Shown here in pieces: positions 49,016-58,962 of a DNA stretch of 64,000 bases (position 1 is the stretch's first letter; every line of letters starts with the position of its first letter). The notes beneath the pieces are model-generated. The model saw nothing but the letters and a program-made list of their open reading frames with translations, ran no database searches and was not told the DNA's origin. This stretch comes from Pseudomonadota bacterium (GTDB lineage Bacteria; Bdellovibrionota; Bdellovibrionia; Bdellovibrionales; SG-bin7): positions 1 through 64,000 of the forward strand of contig JAWXAY010000094.1 in assembly GCA_034439715.1 (NCBI GenBank). The letters are read 5' to 3'. A program made the position numbers and the translations under genes.

Positions 49016-50226
49016 GGTCCTTCAGTTAGTGAAGGATCTTCTTTAATGGCAATCTCTTTGACACTTTTGGCGCCCAGTTTTTCCAGTTTTCGGGTTTGAG
49101 AAAGAACGCGTGAATTAAGTCGTGTTTTTGCGGCGTCGTACTCATCTTTAGCCTTAGTTAGGCATTCTCCAAGGTGGACAAAGCCCTCAACAAAATCAGC
49201 CACACGTTTGTGAAGTTCAATGCCGACTTCAGAGATTTGTTGTGCGTTTCGAGCTAATTTTTCTTCGTTCCAACCAAAGCTGATTACTTTTAGAAGTCCA
49301 ATAAAAGTAGGAGGTGTGGCAACCAATATTTTTTTAGACATCGCGTATTCGATTAGGTCAGGTTGAGATTCAAGTGCGGCATACAAAAAAGACTCGTTTG
49401 GTAAAAACATAACTGTAAAATCAGCTGAGTTTGTAAATCGTGTCGAGTAGTCCTTAAGACTTAATTTTGTGATGTGGTCTTTGATGTGCTTACCATGGCG
49501 AACCCACTCTAATTTTCTCTGCTCTTCGGTGGGGGCATCTAAATAGGCTAAAAAGGCATCAATGGGAGTCTTGGCATCAACCAACACCAAGCGGCCGCCG
49601 GGCATTTTGACTGTCATGTCGGGAATGAGTCTTTGGCCATCAAGATCAGTTTGCACATCTTGAAATACGATATCGGCGTACTCTGACATGCCAGAAAGCT
49701 CGATACAGTTTTTTAGCTGCATTTCGCCCCAGCGTCCGCGCACGTGGGGTTTTTTTAGACTGTCTTTTAGGGCTGAAGTGGCTTGAGTGAGCTCCCGGTT
49801 TGTTAATGCAATTCGCTCGAGCTCACCTTCGACTTTATGGTAAGACTTTTGCCTTTCTTTTTCTAACTCGTTAATTTGAGTTTGATACTTTTGCAGGGTT
49901 TCGCTGAGTGGCTTTACCAAATCATCGACCGCTTTCTGACGCTTTTCAAGTTCATGGCTTGAACTCATTTTTTCTTTATCCAAGACCGACTTTGCGAGAT
50001 CTAGAAATTGTTTGTTATTGCCCTCTAGTGCGGTAGAGGCGAGACTCTTAAAAGCGTCTTGAAGACTGGCTTTGCTTTGAATTAAAAGAGAAGCTTCGCT
50101 TTGGCGCAACTGATTAATGTATTTCAGTTCTGAGTTTAACTTTTGAACTTTAAAAAGTTCTCGCAAAAAGAGTATTGCGAGAATTCCTGCCGCGACTATT
50201 GAAGCAATGAGACCAGTTAACATCAT
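49012..50226 (-). CDS. rmuC: DNA recombination protein RmuC
   Basis: RGRWGEMQL, PDMTVKMPG, VDAKTP, FTVMFLPNE. Confidence 0.95.
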   Translation of the reverse strand: MMLTGLIASIVAAGILAILFLRELFKVQKLNSELKYINQLRQSEASLLIQSKASLQDAFKSLASTALEGNNKQFLDLAKSVLDKEKMSSSHELEKRQKAVDDLVKPLSETLQKYQTQINELEKERQKSYHKVEGELERIALTNRELTQATSALKDSLKKPHVRGRWGEMQLKNCIELSGMSEYADIVFQDVQTDLDGQRLIPDMTVKMPGGRLVLVDAKTPIDAFLAYLDAPTEEQRKLEWVRHGKHIKDHITKLSLKDYSTRFTNSADFTVMFLPNESFLYAALESQPDLIEYAMSKKILVATPPTFIGLLKVISFGWNEEKLARNAQQISEVGIELHKRVADFVEGFVHLGECLTKAKDEYDAAKTRLNSRVLSQTRKLEKLGAKSVKEIAIKEDPSLTEGP

Positions 50227-50229
50227 GAT

Positions 50230-50598
50230 TTAGTATTTTGGTTTCATAAGTTTTAAGACATTTCCGTCAACGTCTTCAAAAACCAGCATGTGTCCCCATG
50301 CGGCGTCGTCTTCTCCCAATATTTTAGCGCCATGTTTTTCAAGTCGCTTTCGGTCCTCGGAAATATTGTCTGATTTTAGGGTTAAGGTCCCGCCGGCGTA
50401 GGCTCCATGAGAATCTCGCGCAAATTTGGGGATATCATGTTCTACCGAGTGCAGGCCAATGTGGGCTGAGCCGCATTCCATTGAGGTCCAACCTTTCTCT
50501 TGAAAACTGACCTTCATGCAAAGGGCGTCGGTATAAAACTGGACGGATTTTTTTATGTCTTTTACATTATAGTGAAAATCTTGAATACCCGTGATCAT
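50230..50598 (-). CDS. VOC/glyoxalase family protein
   Basis: VKDIKKSVQFY ... WG..VFEDVDGNVL; start at MITGIQ because the longer ORF overlaps the tRNA. Confidence 0.9.
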   Translation of the reverse strand: MITGIQDFHYNVKDIKKSVQFYTDALCMKVSFQEKGWTSMECGSAHIGLHSVEHDIPKFARDSHGAYAGGTLTLKSDNISEDRKRLEKHGAKILGEDDAAWGHMLVFEDVDGNVLKLMKPKY

Positions 50599-50619
50599 AA
50601 ATGATTCCCCCAAAAAAAG

Positions 50620-50695
<76 letters not shown>

Positions 50696-50883
50696 ACCAG
50701 AATTGGTTTCGTCTGTTGAAGTTTAAGGGTAATTAATTAAAATGGGGGGGTAACTTAGTCAAAAGATTCCGTGGGTTTGATTAGAGTTTTAAATTAATCA
50801 GCCCGATTGTGCCGATAAATTAAGCGGGCGAATACCAAAACTTGAAAAAATATTGCGAAGATATGATTCCGGCAAAGATAGTG

Positions 50884-50905
50884 CTGGGGACAGATATGTC
50901 CCCAG
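50884..50905. promoter_or_regulatory. Perfect inverted repeat, candidate operator
   Basis: CTGGGGACA-GATA-TGTCCCCAG, 65 nt upstream of the TIGR02147-like gene. Confidence 0.6.
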
Positions 50906-50970
50906 TTTGTGGACAATTGAGTAGACATTCCTAGAAATACTTATTTAAGATTCCTTTCTGAGGGTTAGAA

Positions 50971-51744
50971 ATGATTGAGACTCAAGACCTGCGTACTGAC
51001 GATCTTAAGCACCGATTACAATCGGAACTGATTGAACGCTGCCGAAAGAATCCTAAATACTCGTTGAGAGCTTTTGCTAAAGCCTTAGATATGGACCATT
51101 CACTATTATCCAAAGTTGTTCGCGGGCAGAGGCCTCTGGGTAAAAAGCTCTCTCGAAAATTGCAGGCGCAATTAGGTTGGACGGACTCCCAGGGCAGAGA
51201 ATTTGGCGCGAATTACCACACTATTCCCAGTGATCACTTTTCTTTGATAGCAGATTGGTACCATTTCGCCATTTTTGAACTTACTTCTGTTTTGGGATTT
51301 CGAGCTGACCCAAAGTGGATTGCGCAAAAATTAAATATTACGGTATCTGAGGTGAGAGCGGCTATAGAGCGCTTAGTACGAATGAAATATTTGTCATGGC
51401 AGAATTTGCAATCGCAGGGAAAGACAAAAGAGGAAACGCTTGTCAAAAACCGCGATAATATTACGACGGTTGGCAATGATTTCACCGTCGCAGGCTTTCG
51501 AGTGTTACAAAAACAGGTTTTAGAAAAAGCTCTTTGGGCCTTAGAAAACGTGCCCTTTGAGTGTCGAGATCAGTCCTCGTTAACAATTGCGATTAATAAA
51601 GCTCAATTGCCTGAAATCAAAAGAATGATTAAGGATTTTCGCCGGAAGATTTGTAAGTTTACGTCGGCAAATTCAAAAAAAACAGATATTTATCAGTTAG
51701 GAATTTCTTTTTATCCAATTTCAAAAAATGAGGGGGAATCATGA
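50971..51744 (+). CDS. TIGR02147/DUF4423-like HTH protein
   Basis: RCRKNPKYSLRAFAKAL, IADWYHFAIFEL, RDQSSLT, IYQLGISFYP. Confidence 0.9.
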   Translation: MIETQDLRTDDLKHRLQSELIERCRKNPKYSLRAFAKALDMDHSLLSKVVRGQRPLGKKLSRKLQAQLGWTDSQGREFGANYHTIPSDHFSLIADWYHFAIFELTSVLGFRADPKWIAQKLNITVSEVRAAIERLVRMKYLSWQNLQSQGKTKEETLVKNRDNITTVGNDFTVAGFRVLQKQVLEKALWALENVPFECRDQSSLTIAINKAQLPEIKRMIKDFRRKICKFTSANSKKTDIYQLGISFYPISKNEGES

Positions 51745-52739
51745 AAAACTATCTATTATTAATTGTTACGAGCTTGTTAATGTTTTCTAGTCTTGGATTA
51801 GCTGACGGCGGCGAAGGACATGGCGGAGATGATCTGCGTACACTTTTTTATCGTGCGCGAGCATTGGCGGAATACAAACTCAAACACCTTAAGGCGTGTA
51901 GTTTTCAAGGGCGCGTTGATGAATCGACAAAGCAATGGATTTTGGATCGCAGAGACCAACTGGCTGAAGACGTTTTAAAAAGCAAACATATTTGGTTAAG
52001 CGATATGCAAACTACGTGCGCCTTTACTAAGATACATATTGGCGCTGACATCTATTTATCGTTTCCAGCTTGTCGCAATATTACTCAGATAGAGCAGGCG
52101 GCTGAGCTTTTGGTGCACGAAACGGCTCATCACTTTGATATCACTGAAGAGGGTGAGGCCGATCGCATTGCCGTTGCAGTAATGACATCACGCGATGTTG
52201 ATAGTTGCCCCGAGGATCCCGAAGACCCTTTCAATCCGCGCATTTGTGCGGGCGTTCCGATGACGAAGGATCAAGCGTTAAGATACTTTGAAGCGGGAAC
52301 AACAGTTTCGAGGGTAGTTGGCTATTCTGATGTCTATCATCGTATTCGTAGCTGTAATAAATTTACAGGGTGTAAGCCCTGGGAGATTACTAAAAATATA
52401 ATTCCGCTGCGCGTTTGGGAAAATGGGGGTTATCAAGTAAAAAGTTTCGACTTTTCTCGCCGCGCAAATTATTTTCAAATCGTAAACAATAATCCTTCCA
52501 TTATGATGAAACAACTAGACCCGATTTTTATTCGATGTGACTCGGTTGGGGATAATATTTCTAATTGCTCCGCCCTCTCTTCAAACGGAACTGAGGTTCT
52601 CTTAAGTAAAGGATCAGCTATTCGGCTTTCGGGAACAATTAAGCCATCATGTGCCTGGTTTAGGCATGCCGATATTAGTGTAATTTCAAAAGAAGGTAAT
52701 TACACAGAAAACGAATTGGTATTAACTAGTTTTTACTAA
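51741..52739 (+). CDS. Secreted Cys-rich protein with HExxH motif
   Basis: Signal peptide, GGEGHGGD, LVHETAHH; ATGA coupling to the upstream gene. Confidence 0.75.
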   Translation: MKNYLLLIVTSLLMFSSLGLADGGEGHGGDDLRTLFYRARALAEYKLKHLKACSFQGRVDESTKQWILDRRDQLAEDVLKSKHIWLSDMQTTCAFTKIHIGADIYLSFPACRNITQIEQAAELLVHETAHHFDITEEGEADRIAVAVMTSRDVDSCPEDPEDPFNPRICAGVPMTKDQALRYFEAGTTVSRVVGYSDVYHRIRSCNKFTGCKPWEITKNIIPLRVWENGGYQVKSFDFSRRANYFQIVNNNPSIMMKQLDPIFIRCDSVGDNISNCSALSSNGTEVLLSKGSAIRLSGTIKPSCAWFRHADISVISKEGNYTENELVLTSFY

Positions 52740-52765
52740 ATTTTCTAAAAAGAATAGAAGGCTAT

Positions 52766-52789
52766 AAGGGCGAGATCTTCTCGCCTTTT
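52766..52789 (+). terminator. Intrinsic terminator
   Basis: AAGGGCGAGA-TCT-TCTCGCCTTTT. Confidence 0.7.
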
Positions 52790-52912
52790 CCAACCTTCAG
52801 TTACATAACAATATTGTCTAGATATTTGTCCAGGTTAGTTGTGGGTCTTTTCCCTTTACGAGCCCTGAGACGCCTGATCTAATTAATTAGATCTATAAAA
52901 AACGGAGGTTTT

Positions 52913-54061
52913 ATGTCTCGGATCACTAGACTATTAATTTTATCACTTTTGCCGAGTGTTCTGGCATCTGTTGCACTTGCTGCTCCGGAATGGACAATTG
53001 AAAAGGTTGATAGAGCGGCCTCGGGGAATAGGATGGTCCAACTCAATATTTCTAAAAATGGTGATAAGCATTTAGTTTATACCGGTTGTTCTGACGGGCC
53101 ATGTGCTCGAAGCGAACTTTTTTATTCTGTTTTAGCAGGGCGCTCTGACTGGCAAAAGACTTCCGTCGATGCTTCGACAGATGACACAGGCACGGGTTGG
53201 TTTCCGAGTATTGCTTTTGACGCCAAATCAATTGCTCATATTTTTTATGCTGACCATGAAGCACAAACTCTTCGCTATGCTACGAACAAAGATTCAAAAT
53301 GGAAAACTCAAGATTTGGGATCGGGTCGCGGTGGCTGGTGGACATCAAGTGCTGCAGCTAACGGAAAAGTTTATTTTGCCCATACAAAACTTCCAGAACA
53401 AGGTTGGGAGAATGCGGCTCTTGAGGTGGGAACGCTTGAAAACGATAAATGGACTCTTGAAGTAGTGGATGGGGCTCGCAATGCGGGTTGGTTTACTTCA
53501 ATGGCCGTGTTACCCAATGGAAATCCCGTCGTAAGTTACAATGCTGTTTTTAGTCAGCCAACGGGTGCAATAAAAGTCGCCATTAAAGGCGCCAATAATT
53601 GGGACATTGTTGATATCGATAATACATCTGTGAAACATCATGTCGCCGTGGATAGCGCGGGCAACATTCATCTTGTTTATCAGAAGGTGTCATCTGGTCA
53701 GGCTGCGAAAAGCGCATTTTCGTTGGTTCATGTGACAAACGCCAGCGGTACTTGGAAGCGCACTAATCTACAAGAGGTCGGAGATGAGGGCGTTAACAAC
53801 ACGGGCTACTTTCCAAGAATTACTACAGACGCCAGTGGGGGTTTGCATATAGCTTACACCACGATTAAAGATCAGATGATTTATGCGCGAAAACTAAATG
53901 CGAATACTAATTGGGAGTATTATTCCTTCGACGACCTCGGCGGAACTTACTATCCGTGGATTGAAGTTGAACCCAGTGGTATGGTAAGTATAGCTTACGA
54001 GCGTAGCGGTAATATATATCTCGCGACTTGTAGCAACTGTTCATCAAGAGGGAAACCTTGA
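52913..54061 (+). CDS. Secreted beta-propeller-like repeat protein
   Basis: Repeats of G.f.Sia.d..G..Hi.Y and W...vD; GGAGG RBS; signal peptide. Confidence 0.75.
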   Translation: MSRITRLLILSLLPSVLASVALAAPEWTIEKVDRAASGNRMVQLNISKNGDKHLVYTGCSDGPCARSELFYSVLAGRSDWQKTSVDASTDDTGTGWFPSIAFDAKSIAHIFYADHEAQTLRYATNKDSKWKTQDLGSGRGGWWTSSAAANGKVYFAHTKLPEQGWENAALEVGTLENDKWTLEVVDGARNAGWFTSMAVLPNGNPVVSYNAVFSQPTGAIKVAIKGANNWDIVDIDNTSVKHHVAVDSAGNIHLVYQKVSSGQAAKSAFSLVHVTNASGTWKRTNLQEVGDEGVNNTGYFPRITTDASGGLHIAYTTIKDQMIYARKLNANTNWEYYSFDDLGGTYYPWIEVEPSGMVSIAYERSGNIYLATCSNCSSRGKP

Positions 54062-54088
54062 GATTTGTCGGGAGGCTCGATGATCGTC

Positions 54089-55252
54089 CTAGCACTTCTT
54101 AAGTGCGGTTTCCAGATCGTTTAATAAATCCACCTGTGATTCAATTCCTACACTCAAGCGCACGAGTGTATCGCTAATTCCAAGTGCCTTGCGGTTTTCT
54201 GCCGGCACGCTCGCATGAGTCATAATTGCGGGGTGCTCGATCAACGACTCTACGCCACCTAAGCTTTCGGCCAATGAAAAAACACGAACGGATTCTAAAA
54301 ATGAGCGCGCCGTTGCGAGATCACCTTTAAGATAAAAAGTAATCATGCCGCCAAAACCCGACATTTGTTTTTTTGCGAGTTCATGTTGTGGGTGACTTTT
54401 TAAGCCTGGATAAATCACCTTCTCAACTTTTTTATGATCTTCTAAAAACCTTGCTAGTGCCTCGGCATTTTCTTGGTGGGCTCGCATACGAACTGCCAGG
54501 GTCTTTAGACTTCTTAAGCATAGAAAAGAATCAAACGGTGCGGCAATGCCACCTATGGAGTTACTTAAAAAAGCAATTCGTTCTGCAAGCGCGGGGGTAT
54601 TGGTTACCGCTACGCCGCCCACAATATCGCTATGGCCATTAATAAACTTAGTCGAAGAGTGCATAACGACATCAGCACCTAAATCTAAGGGTTTTTGAAA
54701 GTAAGGGCTCATAAAAGTATTATCGACCACAGTTATTGATTTATTCTTGCGTGCAATATCAGATATTTTTTTTATGTCGACAAGTTTAAGCATGGGATTC
54801 GTCGGTGTTTCAACCCACACAAGTTTTGTGTTCTTTTTGAGAGCGTTATTTAGGTTTTTCATATCGGTTAAATCGACATAAGAAAACTCAATGCCATTAT
54901 GCTTTAGTACCTTATCAAAAAGTCGAAATGTTCCGCCGTACATATCGTCGCCCGCAACTACATGATCACCAGCCTTCAGCAAGTGCAGTATAGTGGTGGT
55001 GGCTGCGCAGCCCGAAGCAAAAGCATAACCAAACTTACCTCCCTCAAGGCTAGCAATACAATCTTCGTAAGCCTTTCGCGTGGGATTACTTGTTCGGCTA
55101 TAGTCGTAGCCTTTGTGTTTACCCGGAGAAGACTGAACATATGTTGAAGTGAGGTAAACAGGCGTCATGATTGCACCCGTCGTGGGATCGGGTTCTTGAC
55201 CCGCATGAATGGCACGTGTCTCAAAGCCAAATTTATTAATTGGCCAATCCAT
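54089..55252 (-). CDS. Cystathionine gamma-lyase/synthase (Cys/Met PLP family)
   Basis: YDYSRTSNPTR, ETPTNP, HSSTKFINGHSD, AESLGGVESL. Confidence 0.95.
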   Translation of the reverse strand: MDWPINKFGFETRAIHAGQEPDPTTGAIMTPVYLTSTYVQSSPGKHKGYDYSRTSNPTRKAYEDCIASLEGGKFGYAFASGCAATTTILHLLKAGDHVVAGDDMYGGTFRLFDKVLKHNGIEFSYVDLTDMKNLNNALKKNTKLVWVETPTNPMLKLVDIKKISDIARKNKSITVVDNTFMSPYFQKPLDLGADVVMHSSTKFINGHSDIVGGVAVTNTPALAERIAFLSNSIGGIAAPFDSFLCLRSLKTLAVRMRAHQENAEALARFLEDHKKVEKVIYPGLKSHPQHELAKKQMSGFGGMITFYLKGDLATARSFLESVRVFSLAESLGGVESLIEHPAIMTHASVPAENRKALGISDTLVRLSVGIESQVDLLNDLETALKKC

Positions 55253-55275
55253 ATTTGTCTCCTTTTTTTAGGTCC

Positions 55276-56652
55276 CTAAAGGTGTTGTCCCATGTATTCC
55301 AGCAAATCAATTTTTGTGACAATTCGCATTTTACCCTGTTGATTTTTTACCAGTGCCACCATGCCCTGTTTAAAATGTTCTGCTAATTGTTGTAGGGTTT
55401 CATCCCATTCAACCCAAACTATATTACCTTTAATAAGATGTATTATGGGATCCTGAGGTTTAATTTTTCCGCTAGCAAGTGGCTCTAAGAGATCGGACTC
55501 GTCGATTATGCCGACCAGGGTATCGTCTGAAAAAATCGGAACCTGAGAAATGCCCACTTTTTTAAGTGTGGTCACAACGTCCATAACAGTCTGATCGACC
55601 TTACAAGATATGACGTCATGGTCTTTGGCGCGCAATGCAATAAGGTTTCCGACAGTTCTTTCTGTAAGTGGAGAGGGTAAAAAGCCATTATCTCTAAGCC
55701 AAGCATCATTAAAGGCCTTGCTGAGATAACTTTTGCCGTGATCTGGTAATATGACGAGAATATTTGACGGTTTTTCAAGTTTTTCAGAATACTCAATGGC
55801 GCCAGCCAAAGCCATTCCCGATGAGGGCCCGACACAAATTCCTTCTTTAGCTACCAGCTCGCGACACATTACAAAAGATCTTTTGTCGTCCATCCTCAAA
55901 AAAGCATCAACATAGTTAAAATCCCAAACAGTCGGTAAAAAATCCTCACCAACTCCCTCTACTTTATAGGAATGTGCGGGTGTTCGGACTTCTTTATAAT
56001 AATAGAGATCAAAGAGAATGCTCCCGATAGGATCGATCACCACCATCTTTATGTTTTTATTTTTCTCTTTTAGAAATTTTGAAACCCCCGTTACGGTTCC
56101 ACCTGTTCCACCGCCGGCAACAACGACGTCAACTTTTCCACTCATTTGTTCCCAAATTTCGGGACCCGTAGATTTATAATGGGCCAATGTATTGTCTTGA
56201 TTGTGATATTGATTGGAATAAAAACAGTTGGGGGTAATTTCGACGAGTTTTTTAGCGACACTATAATAACTGCGTGCATCTGAAGGTTCTACGGCAGTAG
56301 GGGTAACGACAACTTTAGCGCCATAGGCTCTCAAGATCGAACGTTTTTCTTCGCTCACTTTATCGGGCATTACAAAAATTGTTTTATATCCTTTTATGCA
56401 GGCGGCAATTGCTAGGCCTAAGCCTGTGTTTCCTGACGTAGCTTCGATAATTGTGGCGCCAGGTTTTAACTCTCCACGGCGTTCGGCTTCCTCTATTATA
56501 TATTTGGCGACGCGATCTTTTACACTCTGACCTGGGTTAAAGTATTCAATCTTACCAAAAAAATTGTGTTTGCCCTTAGGTACAACGTGGTTAAGTCGTA
56601 CAATGGGAGTATTTCCAATAGTTTCCAAAATGTTATCTCTGACACCCTTCAT
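55276..56652 (-). CDS. Cystathionine beta-synthase with C-terminal CBS domains
   Basis: IGNTPIVRL, NPGQSVKDR, EATSGNTG, GGTGGT; CBS pair; start at MKGVRD with AAGGAG RBS. Confidence 0.92.
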   Translation of the reverse strand: MKGVRDNILETIGNTPIVRLNHVVPKGKHNFFGKIEYFNPGQSVKDRVAKYIIEEAERRGELKPGATIIEATSGNTGLGLAIAACIKGYKTIFVMPDKVSEEKRSILRAYGAKVVVTPTAVEPSDARSYYSVAKKLVEITPNCFYSNQYHNQDNTLAHYKSTGPEIWEQMSGKVDVVVAGGGTGGTVTGVSKFLKEKNKNIKMVVIDPIGSILFDLYYYKEVRTPAHSYKVEGVGEDFLPTVWDFNYVDAFLRMDDKRSFVMCRELVAKEGICVGPSSGMALAGAIEYSEKLEKPSNILVILPDHGKSYLSKAFNDAWLRDNGFLPSPLTERTVGNLIALRAKDHDVISCKVDQTVMDVVTTLKKVGISQVPIFSDDTLVGIIDESDLLEPLASGKIKPQDPIIHLIKGNIVWVEWDETLQQLAEHFKQGMVALVKNQQGKMRIVTKIDLLEYMGQHL

Positions 56653-56722
56653 GAAAACTCCTTGCGCGGGGGAATCGCATCTTCTATGCTTTAATTTGTA
56701 AGATATCAGGCGGGGGAATGTC

Positions 56723-57106
56723 ATGCAAAATTCCAATAAAAGCTTTAAATTACTCGTGCTTTGGGTTTTTATATTGTATTCGGCAGTTGTTTTCTCTGCC
56801 GGCGTGGCATTGGGCGGGGTCGGAATTTCAGTTCGCCTTGAAGAAGACGGATCCTTTAGAATCTCTGAAATTGTAAGTGGAAGTCCTGCCGAGAAGGTAG
56901 GCCTAATCGTTGGCGAAGAAGTTAAAGGTGTAGATGGCGTAAGTACTTCACGTAAGACTTTGGAAGAGGTGGTAAATTTGATTCGCGGGACCGAAGGGAC
57001 CTGTGTTCTTTTATCCCTAAAACATACCACTTATCCTAATCTAAGGCATATTAAAGTGCGACGATACATATTAGCCAACATATTCGCCTCAGAAGACTGT
57101 ATTTAA
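56723..57106 (+). CDS. Small secreted PDZ-domain protein
   Basis: LGGVGI, GSPAEKVGL, VKGVDG, LIRGTEGT. Confidence 0.8.
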   Translation: MQNSNKSFKLLVLWVFILYSAVVFSAGVALGGVGISVRLEEDGSFRISEIVSGSPAEKVGLIVGEEVKGVDGVSTSRKTLEEVVNLIRGTEGTCVLLSLKHTTYPNLRHIKVRRYILANIFASEDCI

Positions 57107-57558
57107 TTGTCCGTTTTCTTTCCCCAAAAAATATAACGAAGCTTCTTTTTTTGAGCACTGATAATTTCAATGCAAGCTGGACTCATAGACTGAGGGTAGG
57201 AGTTAGGGAGTTCTTTTTCATTAACGTTGCTGGGCACTGAGTTTAGACATTGATTATCGTAGGTATTAACTGCAAATTGATAATCCGATTCTGAAACCAA
57301 ATCTAAAAATTTTAACCTTTCATTAAGCCAGTAGCAGTTTAGGGGTAGAACTTTCTGAGAAAGCTCAACTTCGCACAGAACATTGAATTTTTTAAGATCC
57401 AATGTATTCTTTCTGCTCTTATTGAGGTCAAAGAGAGATTTGGCCAAGGTTAACGACCAAGTTTCATGCTTTTCAATCAGTTTGAGCCCCTTTAAGTCAG
57501 TATTAGCTGAGGCGCTAAGCGCGCTGATCAAAAATAGGATGAGAATGAGTGGTTTCAC
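57103..57558 (-). CDS. Secreted Cys-containing hypothetical protein
   Basis: Signal peptide ending ASA; coupled to the upstream gene. Confidence 0.65.
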   Translation of the reverse strand: MKPLILILFLISALSASANTDLKGLKLIEKHETWSLTLAKSLFDLNKSRKNTLDLKKFNVLCEVELSQKVLPLNCYWLNERLKFLDLVSESDYQFAVNTYDNQCLNSVPSNVNEKELPNSYPQSMSPACIEIISAQKKKLRYIFWGKKTDN

Positions 57559-57989
57559 AGATTAAATCCTTCCATCAATTGTTTAATGATCGGTCCAATT
57601 AGTAAAATTAAATAAGCAGGAAACAAGAGAATTAGCATTGGCACCATGAGTTTAAAAGGCAACCTTTGCAATGCCAGCTCAAGCTCTTGTTCGCAAGCAT
57701 AGTTAACTTCTTCTTCTAACTGGCAGAGCGGATCATAAATCATTTGGCCTTTAAAGCCTGACTCCAAGATTTGAAAGAATACTTTTCGATACGGACTTGT
57801 ACAATTGTCAATTATTCTAGAATTATCTGATTGGTGCTGAAGTCCGATGAACCATTGCCGAACGAGTCCACAAAATTCACCTTCATTTTTTTGTAAATAG
57901 AGCTCCAGAGCGGACTTTGTTGAGAGGCCACTTTCCATTTGCATGCGGAGCTCAGAGATCAACTTAAATAAAGGATTTATATCAACCAT
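57555..57989 (-). CDS. Short divergent TadC/T2SSF-like membrane protein
   Basis: MESGLS ... LPFKLMVPMLILLFPAYLILLIGP resembles the TadC C-terminus. Confidence 0.6.
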   Translation of the reverse strand: MVDINPLFKLISELRMQMESGLSTKSALELYLQKNEGEFCGLVRQWFIGLQHQSDNSRIIDNCTSPYRKVFFQILESGFKGQMIYDPLCQLEEEVNYACEQELELALQRLPFKLMVPMLILLFPAYLILLIGPIIKQLMEGFNL

Positions 57990-58726
57990 TTATGTTTCCT
58001 CCCAATCGAAAGGATTAAAGCAATTCCAGATAGATACAAAACAAGCGAAGAAAGAATGAGTAGAAAATTTTTATGGAGTCCGTAGCTTATCAATACATAT
58101 GCAAGCAGTGCTATGTAGAGGATGGAAAGTAAGATGGTCTGAATGAGACTTTGTTGGCTTAAAACGCGCGCCTTTAACTTAAATTTTTCTTCTCTTAGGA
58201 GCCGTTGCCTTAAGTTTTGAATGCCTTTTAATGCATTATGAGGTCTATTTTTAATCTGCAGGAGGTCGCCAACTATTTCTCTTAAGAATGCAGGTAATGA
58301 GCTAGGCTGTCGCTGATTTTCCAAAAACATCAGTGAATTGTAGATTTCGACAAACCGCTCTCTATAAAACGTCGGTAATTGCTCAGTTGCTAGCAAAAAT
58401 GCCTGCGAAAAATTTTTTCCGGACTTCATTTGAAGAGCTGTTACTGTTAAAAAACCGATTAATTGAGTTTGAAAACCAGACATTCGCATATTCCGCAGCC
58501 ATTTTTCTCCCAAAAAAATAAAAATAATGTTCGTGATAAGGAGAATCGGGCCAAAAAAAATGTTTTTAGGTACAAAGACGAGGAGAAAACCGTGAATTAA
58601 GAGCAAAAATGTGCCAATTTTTGTCAAATGGTGTTTTGAAATGAGTTTTTCTGAAAATAAATTCTCTAAAATTCGCAATTCGAATAGAAATCCGGACAAA
58701 AAAAATATAAACGTAAATATGATCAT
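57977..58726 (-). CDS. Divergent TadB/T2SSF-like membrane protein
   Basis: FQTQL...LQMKSGKNFSQAF, KLKARVLSQQSLIQ followed by two TM helices. Confidence 0.6.
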   Translation of the reverse strand: MIIFTFIFFLSGFLFELRILENLFSEKLISKHHLTKIGTFLLLIHGFLLVFVPKNIFFGPILLITNIIFIFLGEKWLRNMRMSGFQTQLIGFLTVTALQMKSGKNFSQAFLLATEQLPTFYRERFVEIYNSLMFLENQRQPSSLPAFLREIVGDLLQIKNRPHNALKGIQNLRQRLLREEKFKLKARVLSQQSLIQTILLSILYIALLAYVLISYGLHKNFLLILSSLVLYLSGIALILSIGRKHKWLI

Positions 58727-58780
58727 GTGACCTCTCGGGGATTATATTTTGCAAAAAGTGGGCACATTGTATTTTTTTTG

Positions 58781-58808
58781 TTGACGAAACGGTGGGTATC
58801 AGTAAACT
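58781..58808 (+). promoter_or_regulatory. Sigma70-type promoter of the basic microprotein gene
   Basis: TTGACG-N16-TAAACT. Confidence 0.6.
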
Positions 58809-58852
58809 AATTGAGATAGGTCAACAACAAACTATATCCTGGGAGGGATAAG

Positions 58853-58939
58853 ATGGCTAAGAAGAAAAAGAAAGCTACAAAGAAAAAAGCTACTAAAAAA
58901 AGAACTACCAAGAAAAAAACTTCTAAACGTAAGAAGTAG
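58853..58939 (+). CDS. 28-aa Lys-rich basic microprotein MAKKKKKATKKKATKKRTTKKKTSKRKK
   Basis: GGGAGGG RBS, mixed AAA/AAG codons, own promoter and terminator; below the ORF-track cutoff. Confidence 0.8.
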   Translation: MAKKKKKATKKKATKKRTTKKKTSKRKK

Positions 58940-58962
58940 TTTTTTAAGTAGCATAGTAATTG

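Noticed and set aside
56653..57030. 126-aa N-terminal extension of the CBS ORF
   Set aside because: Antisense of the PDZ gene; homology starts at MKGVRD, which has an AAGGAG RBS.
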